A stretch of DNA of 64,000 bases from an uncultured Acidobacteriota bacterium (GTDB lineage: Bacteria > Acidobacteriota > Vicinamibacteria > Marinacidobacterales > SMYC01): the NCBI GenBank assembly GCA_963815675.1, contig CAWFHP010000005.1, positions 42,850 to 106,849 on the forward strand, written 5' to 3'. The notes beneath the pieces are model-generated. The model ran no database searches and was not told the DNA's origin. It worked only from the letters and a program-made list of their open reading frames with translations. The position numbers and the translations under genes were made by a program. This document shows positions 15,898 to 28,525 of this stretch, one piece after another (positions within the stretch are counted from its first letter, which is position 1; the number at the start of each line of letters is the position of its first letter).

Positions 15898-18552
15898 ATG
15901 GCATCCGGTCTCGGTCTCACGAGTCTCATCGTCCGAGCAGCGTCCGTCCTCGTCCCTTCCCAGGAAAGGAAGGAGTGGCGGTTCGAGTGGGAGTCCGAGA
16001 TCTGGTATCACCGCGAGCAGCACGGCGCCGAGCATCGTCTCGACTGGAGGATGGAGATGAGACTTCTTCGGCGCTCCTTGGGCGCCTTCACCGACGCCCT
16101 CGACCTCAGGGGCTCGGCGTCTCTGCATGAAGGACTCGGCGCCGATTTCCGTTACGGCGTTCGCATGCTGCGCAAGAGTCCCGGGTTCACCGCCGTAACC
16201 GTTCTCCTCCTCGCGCTCGGGATCGGGGCGACGACGGCGATATTCAGCGTCGTTCACGCGGTGCTCCTCGAGCCGCCTCCCTTCCATGAGCCAGGAAGGC
16301 TCGCCCTCGTCTGGGAGGTCGCCTACAAGAGAGACCGCGACCGGAACGTCGTCAGCCCTTTCAACTTCTTGCGGTGGCGCGAGCGTGCGCGCTCCTTCGA
16401 AGCGATGTCCGCCTTCGCGCCCTGGGCCTGTAACCTCACCGGGAAAGGAGACGCCGAGCGGGTTCCCATCGGCTATGTCTCCCCCGACTTCTTCTCGACC
16501 CTCGGTGTTTCCGCCGCGCGCGGACGGATTTTCGCTCCCGAGGACGGTGTGCCCGGGAACGACCGCGTCGCGATACTGGGAGATGGGCTCTGGAAGAGAC
16601 GCTTCGGCGCCAATCCGGACATCGTGGGCAAGACGGTCGGGATCAACGGGGCGGAGACGACAATCGTGGGCGTGCTCCCGCCCGCAATCGAGCTCCCGTC
16701 CAACACTTCCGGCGGTGATGGAATCCAACTCTGGTCTCCCTTCGCCTTCACCGCGAAGCACCGCGAGTTCGGCGGAAGATATCTGATGGTGGTGGCGCGG
16801 ATGGCGCGCGGAGTCTCGAACGAACAGGCCCGCGACGAGATGAAGCGGATCGCCTCGAGCCTGGAGAGAGAAAAGCCGGAGTTCGACGCCGGTTGGAGCG
16901 CCAACGTGCTTCCGCTGCAGTCGGAGATCGTTCGAAACCTGCGCGGAGCAATCCTCGTTCTCTTCGCCGCCGTCGGCGCGGTGCTCTTCATCGCCTGCGC
17001 CAACGTCGGAAACCTCCTTCTAACCCGCGGCGTCGCGCGCGAGCGCGAGCTCTCGGTGAGGGCGGCACTCGGCGCTCGTCGCTTCCGGATCTTCCGCCAG
17101 CTTCTCATCGAGAGTCTGCTCCTCGCCGGGCTCGGCGGACTCGGGGGTCTCCTCGCGGGCGGCGCCTTTCTCCGGGTGATCCTCGCGTTTCTTCCCGCCG
17201 AGCTTCCCGCGTTCGTCTCCGTGGAGCTCGACTCCCGCGTGCTCGCCTTCACCCTCGTGCTCTCCGTTACCACCAGCCTCCTGTTCGGCCTTCTTCCCGC
17301 CATTCAAGTCTCGAGGCGGGATCTCGCCGAGCCCCTCAAGGAAGGGATCCGGGCCGGAATCGAGCAGCGCTCGGCAGCGGCTGAAAAGCGCTCTCGTCGT
17401 GGTCGAGACCGCTCTCGCCGTCGTTCTCCTCGTGGCCACCGGTCTGTTCATTCAGAGTTTTCTCGGCCTCGCCCGCACCAATCCCGGATTCGAATCCCAG
17501 GGGACTCACCGCCATCGAGATCAACCTCGCGGGCCCCCGCTACCAGGCGAACGAGGCACAGTCCGCCTTCTACCGCGAGGCGCTCGAGAGGCTGGAGCAG
17601 ATCGCGTCCGTCGAGAGAGCCGGAGCAATCAGCTGGCTTCCGCTCGGGGGCGAAGGCTCCGCCACCTCGTTTCGCGTCGCGGACAAACCCGACCCGCCTC
17701 CGGAGGACCCGCGGGTCGCCGACGTCCGGGTGGTCGCGGGGGATCTGTTTCGCACGATGAGGATTCCCCTCGTCCAGGGGCGAGGTTTCGACGAGCGCGA
17801 TCGGGTGGATAGCGCACCGGTGGTCATCGTCAACGAGACCCTCGCGGAGACCGTCTGGCCTGGTGAGAACCCCGTCGGCAAAACCATCCTGATGGAGTGG
17901 GGAAAGGATATCGCCGCCGAGGTCGTGGGAGTCGCCGGCGACGTACGGCTCAGCGGGCTCGACACCGCGGCGCGAGCGACGCTCTACTGGCCGCTCGCTC
18001 AATTCCCTAATGACTTCATGACCCTGGTGGTACGGGCGAAGGGCGGCACATCGATCGCGGAAGCGGATCTCCGCGCGCGGCTTTCGACCATCGACCCCGA
18101 TATCCCGGTATCGAGCATCGTGTCGATGGAGGGAGTGGTCTCCCGTTCTCTCGGCAAACCTCGCCTGACGCTCTCGTTGATGTCGATTTTCGGAGCGGTG
18201 GCGCTGCTCCTCGCTTCGGTCGGAATCTACGGCGTCATCTCCTTCACCGTCAATCAACGGGTGCACGAGTTCGGTCTTCGCATGGCCCTTGGGGCTTCGG
18301 CGCGCAACATCGAAGGGATGGTCCTGCGACAGGGTCTGGCGCTCGCGCTCCTTCGGCATCGCTCTCGGCGTCATCGGAGCTCTTTTCGCGGCGCGCCTGC
18401 TCGATGGCTTGCTCTATCGAGTGGCGCCGCGCGACCCGATGACTCTCCTCGCCATCGCTGTCCTTCTCCTCGTCGTCGCGCTCGCCGCGAGCTATGTCCC
18501 CGCGCGGCGCGCCACGCGGATCGACCCCTTCGAGGCGCTTCGGGTCGACTGA
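15898..18552 (+). pseudogene. ADOP-family MacB/FtsX-like duplicated permease, interrupted by three +1 frameshifts
   Basis: N-terminal FRYGVRMLRKSPGFTAVTVLLLALGIGATTAIFSVV. The sequence continues across frames 1, 2, 3 and back to 1 (ORFs 15898.., 17399.., 17730.., 18289..18552). Each junction is resolved by removing one base from a G or C run (near 17347, 17507 and 18351). Confidence 0.7.
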
Positions 18553-18650
18553 CATTCCTGCATTCGTGCATTGATGCTCTGGCCGGTTTTGACAGCCGGG
18601 TTCCGTCCCGCTATCGTCGCGAGATCGTGGCGTAAAGGGGGCCACCGGGC

Positions 18651-20553
<1,903 letters not shown>

Positions 20554-20564
<11 letters not shown>

Positions 20565-23160
20565 AGACGCCCCCGATTCCTCCCGAGACGAGAGTCGCGA
20601 CGTTGGCGAGAACGGTAGGCAGGGTAAAACCTCCGGGGCAGGCGAGATAGCGCGGTACCCACTCCGGGTGGAACTTCTCCTTGTACTTGCGCAGGCCCTG
20701 AAAGTTGTAGAAGTGCTCGCCGTGGCGGAACACGAGAGCCCCGACGCGGTTCCATAGTGGCGCGAGCTGATGGTCTTCCAGTCCCGAGAGCGGGGCCATT
20801 CCCAGCCGGAACGTGCGATATCCGTTCTCCTTCGCCCAGAGCAGGAGCTCGGCGAAGAGGAAGTCCATGATGGCTGGCGGCGCTTCCGCGGGGTGGTAGC
20901 GCATGAGATCAATCGACATTTCTCCTTTTTCCGCGCCCATCCACAGGTTCGCGAAGGCGAGGAGTCGCCCCTCTCTCCAGACCGTGGCCGCGGGGAACAA
21001 ACGTACGTAGTCCTCCCGAAAGAAACCGAGGGAGAACCCCTTCTCACGGGTGCTCTTGTCCGAAAGCCAGGCGTCCGAAATCTCCCGGAGCCTCGCGAGA
21101 AGAGACGCGACCTCCTCTACGGATACGAGTCGAAAGCTGCAGCCTTCCTTGCGGAGCTTGTTGACGCCGGTACGGAGTCCTTTGTTCGCTCCGCCCTCGA
21201 GAGTAAACGTGGATACCGGGACGTATCCTTCCTCGCCGAGCTTCAGCAGCGCCAACCCCAGCTCGACGTAGACGGGAAGGCTCTCGGGGCCGACCTCGTA
21301 GAAGACGGGCCAGCCGCCGTGGCAATCCGCCATCTCGCGAAACTTCCAGGCGAGCTCGCGGCGCTCGGTCTCCGGACCCACCGGGTCTCCCATGGCGATG
21401 AAGCTTCTTCCCGCGACGGCGTACATCACGAAGGCGTTTCCCTCCGGGCTGAAGAGAAACCTCTTGTCGCCGAGGAGCGCGAGGTTCGCGCTCGTGTTCC
21501 GCAATCTCGCCACCACCTCCTGAGCTTTCACGATGTCCGAGGCGTCCGGGGCCTCCCAGCGGGGGGCGGGACGGAAGAAACGGCTCGCGAGCAGCACCAC
21601 CGCGAAGGCGGCGCTGCTCACGGTGGCGCGCAGGGAGCGCGACGCCTCGGCGTCGAACGCCACCTCCCAGAAACGCATCCCGGTGAGCTCGGTGTGCTTG
21701 AAAGAGAAGAAGACGAGCCACAGGCTGGTACCGACCGCGGCCACGATGGCGAGGCTCCAGCGGAGGGAGAACCGTCGCGACAAAAGGGAAGCCGGTCGGA
21801 AGAACTGCTCGCGTGCGGGAAGCAGGGCGGCGAGAAGGAGCGCGAGCACGCTCGCCTCCTCGAAGTCGAGTCCCTTGAGGATCGATACCACGATTCCAAC
21901 GGCGAGCAGGACGACGGTCGAATAGTAGGCGGCGTCGATGCGCCGCTGAAGGCTGCGTCCGAGCACGAGGAGCGATGCTCCCACGAGGCTTCCGAGAAAA
22001 TGCGAAGCTTCGAGAACGGGGAGTGGTACGACGTCTCGCAGCCATCGGAGCCGTTCGCCTTCCGCCGGAGTCGCCCCGGAGAAGAGCAGGATCACGCCCG
22101 CGGCGAAGACCGCGAGGCCATAGACGGACGGAAGGACGCGGGGAACCCAATCGAGAGAGCCCAGGAGGCGGCCGAACCTTTCGCGGTGCAGCAGCAGCTC
22201 GTTGACCCCGAGAACGGCGGTCGCGAGAAAGAGGGGAACGAGATAGTAGGTGATCCGGTAGGCGACGAGAGAGGCGAGCACTTCGGGCGCGGTCGACGCG
22301 GGGGTCAGGAAGAAGAGCATCACCGTCTCGACGATACCGAGGCCGCCGGGCACGTGGCTCAAGACCCCCGCCATCTGTGCGAGGAGGAAGATGGCGATGA
22401 AGTGGGGGTAGGGAATCGATGCGATGACCGAGCTCGGGAGCAGGACGTAGAGAATCGAGCTCGCCAGGAGCCAGTCGACGACCGACACCACGATTTGGGC
22501 GACGGCGAGTCGCGGCCGCGGCAGGGACAGGTCGAGATCGCGAACCTTGAAGGGACGTTCTCGAAGCCAGCTCAGGGCGAGGTATCCCGAGCTCATCGCC
22601 AGGAGCAATACCCCGAAGGGGCGAACGGTTGCGAACGGGAGATGCAGGAGCTGGGGCACCATGAGGGGCTCTATGACGAAAGCGATGCCCCCCGTCGTGA
22701 AGACCCCGATCCAGAACGTGAGCCCGCAAAAGGCTACCACCTTGGCAATCTCCAGCGCCGAGAGACCCCAGCTGGAGTAGAGCCGATAGCGAGTGGCGCT
22801 GCCGCCGAGAATGGAGAGGCCGATGTTGTAGCTGAAGACGTAGCCCACGAAGGAGGCGGCGGCGATTCTGCGATAGGGGAGCTTTCTCTGGATATAGACG
22901 AGAGCGAGAAAGTCGTAGGTGGTGAGCACCAGATAGCTGACGATGGTCAGGGCGAAAGCGACGGCGAGTCGCGAGCTCGGGATCTCGGAAAAGCTCCGGC
23001 GGATGTCCCGGAGGTGGTATCGGCTCAGCTCGTGGTGGATGACGGCGAGCCCTACAGCGAGCAGAATCGCGACCAGGAGGGGAGGTAGCGCGCGACGAAA
23101 ACCCGACTCGCCTTCCAAGACGGGCCATGTTACATCGGCGTCGTTGACATGTGAAACCAC
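20554..23160 (-). CDS. mprF: Bifunctional lysylphosphatidylglycerol flippase/synthetase MprF
   Basis: 868 aa with N-terminal polytopic flippase region and C-terminal synthase domain (LGMAPLSG..., DUF2156-like). Confidence 0.85.
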
Positions 23161-23200
23161 CCGTCGTAGCTTGCGCTTGCATCACCCCTTCGACGAACGC

Positions 23201-23420
23201 ATGCGCCTTCTCGTCATCGGAATCATCGCGATTTCGGCGCTCGTTGCACCGTCGCAGCGCGCGGTCGCGGCGGAGACACTGTCATTTGGTCGATTCGGAT
23301 CCGTCGCGCTCTATCGCGAAAGCGACCACCCTCGAAACGTCGTCCTCTTCGTTTCCGGCGACGGCGCGCTCGCCTCGCTCGTCGAGGGAGTGAGCTCCCC
23401 GTTTCGGCTCAGCGGCTCGA
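23201..23420 (+). pseudogene. Putative remnant of a VirJ/AcvB-like hydrolase N-terminus, divergent from mprF
   Basis: ATG then signal peptide then FGRFGSVALYRESDHPRNVVLFVSGDG, resembling the GDGGW region of the intact VirJ-like gene at 27438..28271. The sequence degenerates afterwards. Confidence 0.3.
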
Positions 23421-23425
23421 GTCCC

Positions 23426-23743
23426 TCAGCAACGACTCGCCGCTCGCTTCGTACCACTCCAGAATTCCGTCCCAGATTTGCGGCGTTCCAGGAGCAGCTC
23501 GGGCTTGAGGTAATCGAGCTGGAGCCGAAGGCCGCGGGTCTCGTATTCCGCGAGAAAGTCCAAATCCTTGTCGCTCTCCCGATAGCTCGGACTGGATTGA
23601 ATCGCTTCGATTCGGCGAAGCGCGTCCGGGTCCTCCTCGCGTGCTTTCGACCGCCGCCAGGGGAGAGGCTCGCGCCTCTCGTGCGCGTGAGCGGGGGGAG
23701 GAACGCGCGCTTTCTCGTGCCCGTCGACGGGCTTGCGGCTCAT
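23426..23743 (-). CDS. Hypothetical small protein downstream of the sugar ABC operon
   Basis: 105 aa ORF on the same strand, 48 nt after the permease stop. No motif. Confidence 0.2.
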   Translation of the reverse strand: MSRKPVDGHEKARVPPPAHAHERREPLPWRRSKAREEDPDALRRIEAIQSSPSYRESDKDLDFLAEYETRGLRLQLDYLKPELLLERRKSGTEFWSGTKRAASRC

Positions 23744-23791
23744 GATGCAGCTAGCATAGTCGTGCAGGGGGCGAGGAAGCGAGCCGTCGAT

Positions 23792-24748
23792 TCATCCGTC
23801 GGAGCTCATCCGGCGGTGGCGGTAGGCGTCGGCAATCACCGCGGCGACGATGACCGCTCCGGTGACGACACGCTTGACCGGCTCCGAGGCGCCAATCTGC
23901 GCGAGGCCCGATTGCAGCACGGCGATCACGAGCACGCCGAAGAAGCTCCGGACCACCGAGCCTCTCCCGCCCATGAGGCTCGTGCCGCCGAGAACGACGG
24001 CGGCGATCGCGGAGAGCTCGAGTCCCACCGCGGCGTTCGGGTCGGCGGCCAGGAGTCTCGAGGCGTGAAAGACACCGCCGAGACCGCTGAGAAGCCCGGC
24101 GAGAGCGAAGACCGCGATGCGCGTGGGTCGAGGGTCGACGCCGGAGAGGCGCACCGCCTCCTCATTGGTGCCGATGGCAACGGCGTATCGGCCGAACACC
24201 GTGCGCGAGAGCGCGACCTGGCCCGCGACGACCAGCGCCGCCGCGAGAAGAAAGGCGGGAGACAAAGCGAGTGAGGGAAGCGGGGCGCCGACGAGCTCGA
24301 TGCGCTCACCGATGTACGCTGTCCTCGAATCGGTCGCGAGGTAAGCGGCCCCCCGAGCCACTTCGAGCATGCCGAGAGTCACGATGAATGAGGGAACCGA
24401 CCATCCCACCGACACCAACCCGTTTACGAGCCCGCAGACGAGACCCGCCGTGAGAGCGAGCCCGACGCCGGCCGCGAGAGAAAGGTTCCAGCCGACGAGA
24501 CCGACTCCGAGGAGCGACGCCGCGAGCGCGAGGACGGAGCCCACGGAGAGATCGATCCCTCCCACGATCAAGACGAACGTCATTCCCACCGATATGACGG
24601 CGAGGTCGGGCACTTGATTGGCGACGGTGGTGAAAGTGCGTAAGGTCAGGAACCGGTCGCTCAGGGACGCGAAGAGAAGCACGAGGGCCAGCAGAACGAC
24701 GAGAAGGCCCAGGTACTCGGATCTCGCCATCCGCCGCAGCAGTCTCAC
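23792..24748 (-). CDS. Sugar ABC transporter permease (RbsC/branched-chain family)
   Basis: Hydrophobic 10-TM-type sequence. Proposed GTG start 4 nt after the ATPase stop; ATG at 24730 is the alternative. Confidence 0.7.
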   Translation of the reverse strand: MRLLRRMARSEYLGLLVVLLALVLLFASLSDRFLTLRTFTTVANQVPDLAVISVGMTFVLIVGGIDLSVGSVLALAASLLGVGLVGWNLSLAAGVGLALTAGLVCGLVNGLVSVGWSVPSFIVTLGMLEVARGAAYLATDSRTAYIGERIELVGAPLPSLALSPAFLLAAALVVAGQVALSRTVFGRYAVAIGTNEEAVRLSGVDPRPTRIAVFALAGLLSGLGGVFHASRLLAADPNAAVGLELSAIAAVVLGGTSLMGGRGSVVRSFFGVLVIAVLQSGLAQIGASEPVKRVVTGAVIVAAVIADAYRHRRMSSDG

Positions 24749-24752
24749 GCCC

Positions 24753-26260
24753 TCACCCCAGATGTCCGCGAAAGGCCGCGCGGGTAATCGCTTCCCGAGA
24801 CCAGGAGCTGCGCTCGACCACTTCGACGAGTCGTCCGGCTGAGAGAACGGCGATGCGATCGCAAATCGCCGTGAGCTCGTCGAGATCGCTCGATGCAACG
24901 ACGATGGCTTTTCCCGCTCCTGCGAGCTCGTTCAGCAGTCGATAAATCGCCGCCCGAGCCGAAACGTCGATGCCACGTGTGGGCTCGTCGAAGAGGATGA
25001 CGTCGGCGCCTCTGAGGAGCCATCTCGCGATGACGATCTTCTGCTGGTTGCCGCCGCTGAGCTCGCGTACGGGCTGATCCAGGCCAGCTCGCTGCACTTC
25101 GAGCCGATCGACGACGGGCCGGACGACCTCGTCCTCGCGTCGGGGCGTTACCCAGCCCGCTCTTCCCGCGACGCGTCTCAGGACCCCGAGGACCGTATTG
25201 CGACGGATGGATAAAGGAAGCAAGAGGCCGTGGCGTTTGCGATCCTCGGGAATCATCGCGAGGCCCGCTCTCACCGCCTCATGCGGACCGCGAAACCGTT
25301 GCGGGGCGGCAGTCGGGCCGAGCGCCACCCCGCCCGCGAACGGCTGATCGGCGCCGAAGATCGCTCGAAGCAGGGTGGTTCGTCCGGCCCCGATCAGCCC
25401 CGCGAGACCAAACACCTCTCCGCGCAGTACGGTGAAGCTCACCGCGCGAAGGCGTCTCCCGGCGCTCAAACCCTCGACGCGAAGGGCGACCTTCCCGGGT
25501 ACGCGCCGGTGGTCTCGGGACTCCCGCTCGACGTCCTTTCCCACCATCGCGCGCACCATATCGTCGCGCGTGATTCGAGAGAATCCTCGGAGAGAACGAC
25601 CTTCCCGTCTCTCAGCACGGTCGCTCGGTCGGCGATGTCCCGGAGCTCGTCGAGTCGATGGCTGATGTAGAGGACAGCGGTACCATCCCGGGTGATACGT
25701 CGGACGTTCTCGAACAGGGCCGTGACCTGCGGATCGGTCAAAGCGGCGGTCGGCTCGTCCAGGATGAGCACCCTGGATTCGCGGGTGAGGGCAGCGGCAA
25801 TCTCGACGAGCTGCTGGACTCCAATTCCGAGCTCGCCGACGTGAGTTTCGGGCGAGAGGTCCTGGAGCCCGACGCGGGCCAGCGCTTCGCGGGCCTTCCC
25901 GTCGAGCTCCGAATATCGAATGAAACCGGCTCGCCGGGGAAGACGAGAGAAGAAGAGGTTCTCGGCAACCGACAAGCTGGTGATGAGGCCGAGCTCCTGC
26001 TGAACGATGTGTACTCCCCGGCGCTCCGCCTCCGCTTTCTTCGCGGGCGCGTACGCGCGTCCCTCGAGCTCCATGGCGCCGCCGTCGGCGGTAGTGAGAC
26101 CGGCGACAATCCGGGCGAGCGTCGTCTTGCCCGCTCCGTTCGCGCCGAGGAGCGCATGGACTTCACCGGGAGCGAGCGAGAGGTCCACGCCGTCCAGAAC
26201 CGGGCTCGCGTAGGACTTGTGGATTCGACGAAGGACGAGGCGTGGTGAGGCCGCAGCCAT
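24753..26260 (-). pseudogene. Sugar ABC transporter ATP-binding protein with two ABC domains (RbsA/MglA-like), one frameshift
   Basis: First ABC domain (GANGAGKTTL, LSGGQ-type) in ORF 25466..26260. Second ABC domain (GLIGAGRTTL, LSGGNQQK) in ORF 24753..25559 in another frame, with the junction near 25540. Confidence 0.7.
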
Positions 26261-26263
26261 GAG

Positions 26264-27202
26264 CTACGGCAGGCTTTCGGCGGTAACGACGTCGACAGGG
26301 GTCTCGCGATTCTCTGGCTCGACTCCGCCACGGAGAATCTGAAGCGCGTACTCGATCCCGTAGACGGCGAGCTGGTCCGCATGCTGGTCGGCAGTGGCGA
26401 GGACGTCGCCTTTTCGAACCGCCTCCTGGATCGCGGAGATGTTGTCGAAGCCGACGATAAAGACCTTGTCCTGGCGTCCGGCGGCTTTCACCGCGGCGAG
26501 CGCGCCGAGAGCCATGCTGTCGTTGCTGCAGAGGAGCGCCTTCAAGTCGGGGTGCTCGCTCAGCATCGCCGACGCTACGTGATTCGCGACGTCCATCACC
26601 CACTGACCGCTCTGGGAATCGACGATCTTCATGCCCGCTGCTTTCATCGCGTCCTCGAAGCCGAGGCGGCGCTGGACGGCATTGTCCGCGGTCGGCACAC
26701 CCTCGAGGATCGCGACTTCGTCGCCGGGCTCGAGCTTTTTCGCGAGGACTTCGCCGACCGCCCGCGCCCCTTTTCGGTTGTCGGGACCGACGAAGGGGAC
26801 GTCGATGCCCGCGGAGCGGAGCACGTCCGCGTCGAGGCGATTGTCGATGTTGACGACGGCGACCCCGGCCTCCCGCGCGCGTTTGCAGGCGGTGACGAGG
26901 GCTTTGGAGTCCGCGGGAGCGATCACGATGGCGTCGACGCCCTGGGCGAGCATTTCCTCGACCAGCGAAACCTGCCTCGCCAGATCGCGCTCGTCCTTGA
27001 TGCCGTTCACGATGAGCTCGTACTCGTCGGGATGGGCCGCCTGGTGGGCGCGGGCGCCATCGGCCATGGTGGAGAAGAACTCGTTCGCGAGCGACTTCAT
27101 GATGAGTGCCACGCGGGGTTTACCCGTTCCCGTGGCATCCCTTCCAGGGCCGCAAGACGTGATGCAAGACGCGAGCAGGATCGAACAGACCATTTGCCTC
27201 AC
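26264..27202 (-). CDS. Sugar ABC transporter periplasmic substrate-binding lipoprotein (RbsB-like)
   Basis: Lipobox LLASC; periplasmic-binding-protein type I fold signature. GTG start with AAGGAG upstream. Confidence 0.75.
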   Translation of the reverse strand: MRQMVCSILLASCITSCGPGRDATGTGKPRVALIMKSLANEFFSTMADGARAHQAAHPDEYELIVNGIKDERDLARQVSLVEEMLAQGVDAIVIAPADSKALVTACKRAREAGVAVVNIDNRLDADVLRSAGIDVPFVGPDNRKGARAVGEVLAKKLEPGDEVAILEGVPTADNAVQRRLGFEDAMKAAGMKIVDSQSGQWVMDVANHVASAMLSEHPDLKALLCSNDSMALGALAAVKAAGRQDKVFIVGFDNISAIQEAVRKGDVLATADQHADQLAVYGIEYALQILRGGVEPENRETPVDVVTAESLP

Positions 27203-27437
27203 GTGGTACTCCTTACCGAACGCTCAGCATAGGGGATCCCCTCTTGCCGTTCAACAGACGGAAGCCACCGAAGCGCACGGGCCGGGGACGGCCCCCGGAC
27301 GGGAGCTGGCGAGCAAAACGACGGGCCGCGACTACAGCGACGGACTTCCGCGCCGTTGTTCCGCTTGGAGCACCATCTGATAGGCGAGGTAATACTTGCC
27401 GTCGGATGGAAGTAGCGAAACGTCGGCTCGGACGGCC

Positions 27438-28271
27438 CTACGGCAACGATTTCTTCTCCAGTCGCTTCACATCAGCGACTTCGAATGGCGATCCGGACTG
27501 AGTGCGACTCACGCGTACCCATTCGATCGCCTCGAGCAGTCTTTGAGTGAGCTCGTCCTCGTGGCCGCTGAACCGGTGGTTCGGGGCGTCGATGACCCAG
27601 AGCTTCTTGGGGTCCTGGGCCTGGTCCATCATCTCCCGGACCTTGCTCAAAGGTGCGAACTCGTCGTGAGTGGAGTGGATGGCGGCGAGGGGCAGCGGAG
27701 ACATCTTCGCGATGATGCTCTCCACCGAGAACGTCGGCTCGTTGGGCACCTTCTTGGTGATGTAGATGATCGAGTCCCGAAAGCGCCATCCAAGCTCGCT
27801 CACGTCCGGTAGCCCGAGGCCGATGACCCCGGCGAGACGGTCCCGGTTCTCTTTCGTCGTCGCCGCCAGCACCGAAAGACCCGCTCCCTCCGAGACTCCG
27901 ATCAAAATGGGCGGCGATGGCGAGCTCCGCGAGGCGAAATCGACGAGGGCGCGATAATCCCCGGGGACGTCCTCCTCGGTAAGCGTGTGGTCTCCGTCAG
28001 TGAAAGACTCCAAATACTCCTTGGTGTCGAACCCCACGACGAAAAAGCCGCGGGACGAAAGCGTTTCCGCCACACTCGGGGCCAGGTGGACCCAACCTCC
28101 GTCTCCGCTGGACACCACGACCGGCGCGCCATCGGGCTTTCCGTAGAGGTGTAACGTCAGATGATGTCCTCGGATGTCGATGGAAGCGGCGCGCGGTTGC
28201 GCGTTGGTCGAAGCCGCCAGCAGAAGCCCCAGTCCGAGTTGGAGCAAGGTCTTACCGCGAAGGGCATTCAC
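27438..28271 (-). CDS. VirJ/AcvB-family secreted alpha/beta hydrolase ('bacterial virulence factor family protein')
   Basis: Signal peptide; PVVVSSGDGGWVHLAPSVAETLSSRGFFVVGFDTKEYL. AcvB/VirJ homologues are normally encoded next to mprF. Confidence 0.6.
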   Translation of the reverse strand: MNALRGKTLLQLGLGLLLAASTNAQPRAASIDIRGHHLTLHLYGKPDGAPVVVSSGDGGWVHLAPSVAETLSSRGFFVVGFDTKEYLESFTDGDHTLTEEDVPGDYRALVDFASRSSPSPPILIGVSEGAGLSVLAATTKENRDRLAGVIGLGLPDVSELGWRFRDSIIYITKKVPNEPTFSVESIIAKMSPLPLAAIHSTHDEFAPLSKVREMMDQAQDPKKLWVIDAPNHRFSGHEDELTQRLLEAIEWVRVSRTQSGSPFEVADVKRLEKKSLP

Positions 28272-28525
28272 GTTGGCCGCTCCCGCTCACTTCTGCTGAC
28301 CGCAACCGCACACCGCATACCGGTCTCAGCCTCGCGCAGCCGCACGCGCTTTGCAAATTCTCGGGAGAATTCCCCTCTCCGCTTCCGTAGCTGCGGGCTC
28401 TCGATTTAAGATAGCCGGGGAGGTCGACCGGTGGTGCCTATGTCTGGTCTCGTCTTCACCGTCATTCTGACCCGCCGCAACGGGGCTCCTCGCTCTCCGC
28501 GTGACCTCGACTGGGGGAAAATCGC

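Noticed and set aside
17484-17500. tRNA T-psi-C-arm-like motif GGATTCGAATCC, also at 56911-56926
   Set aside because: Both occurrences lie inside well-supported protein-coding sequence (encoding NPGFES / LDSNPG). No acceptor or anticodon stems can be built around them.
27232-27290. Palindromes ggggatcccc and ccgggg-acggc-ccccgg between the virJ-like gene and the ABC operon as possible regulatory sites
   Set aside because: Short GC-rich palindromes are frequent by chance at this GC content. At most it is a weak terminator candidate for the virJ-like gene and is not reported as a feature.
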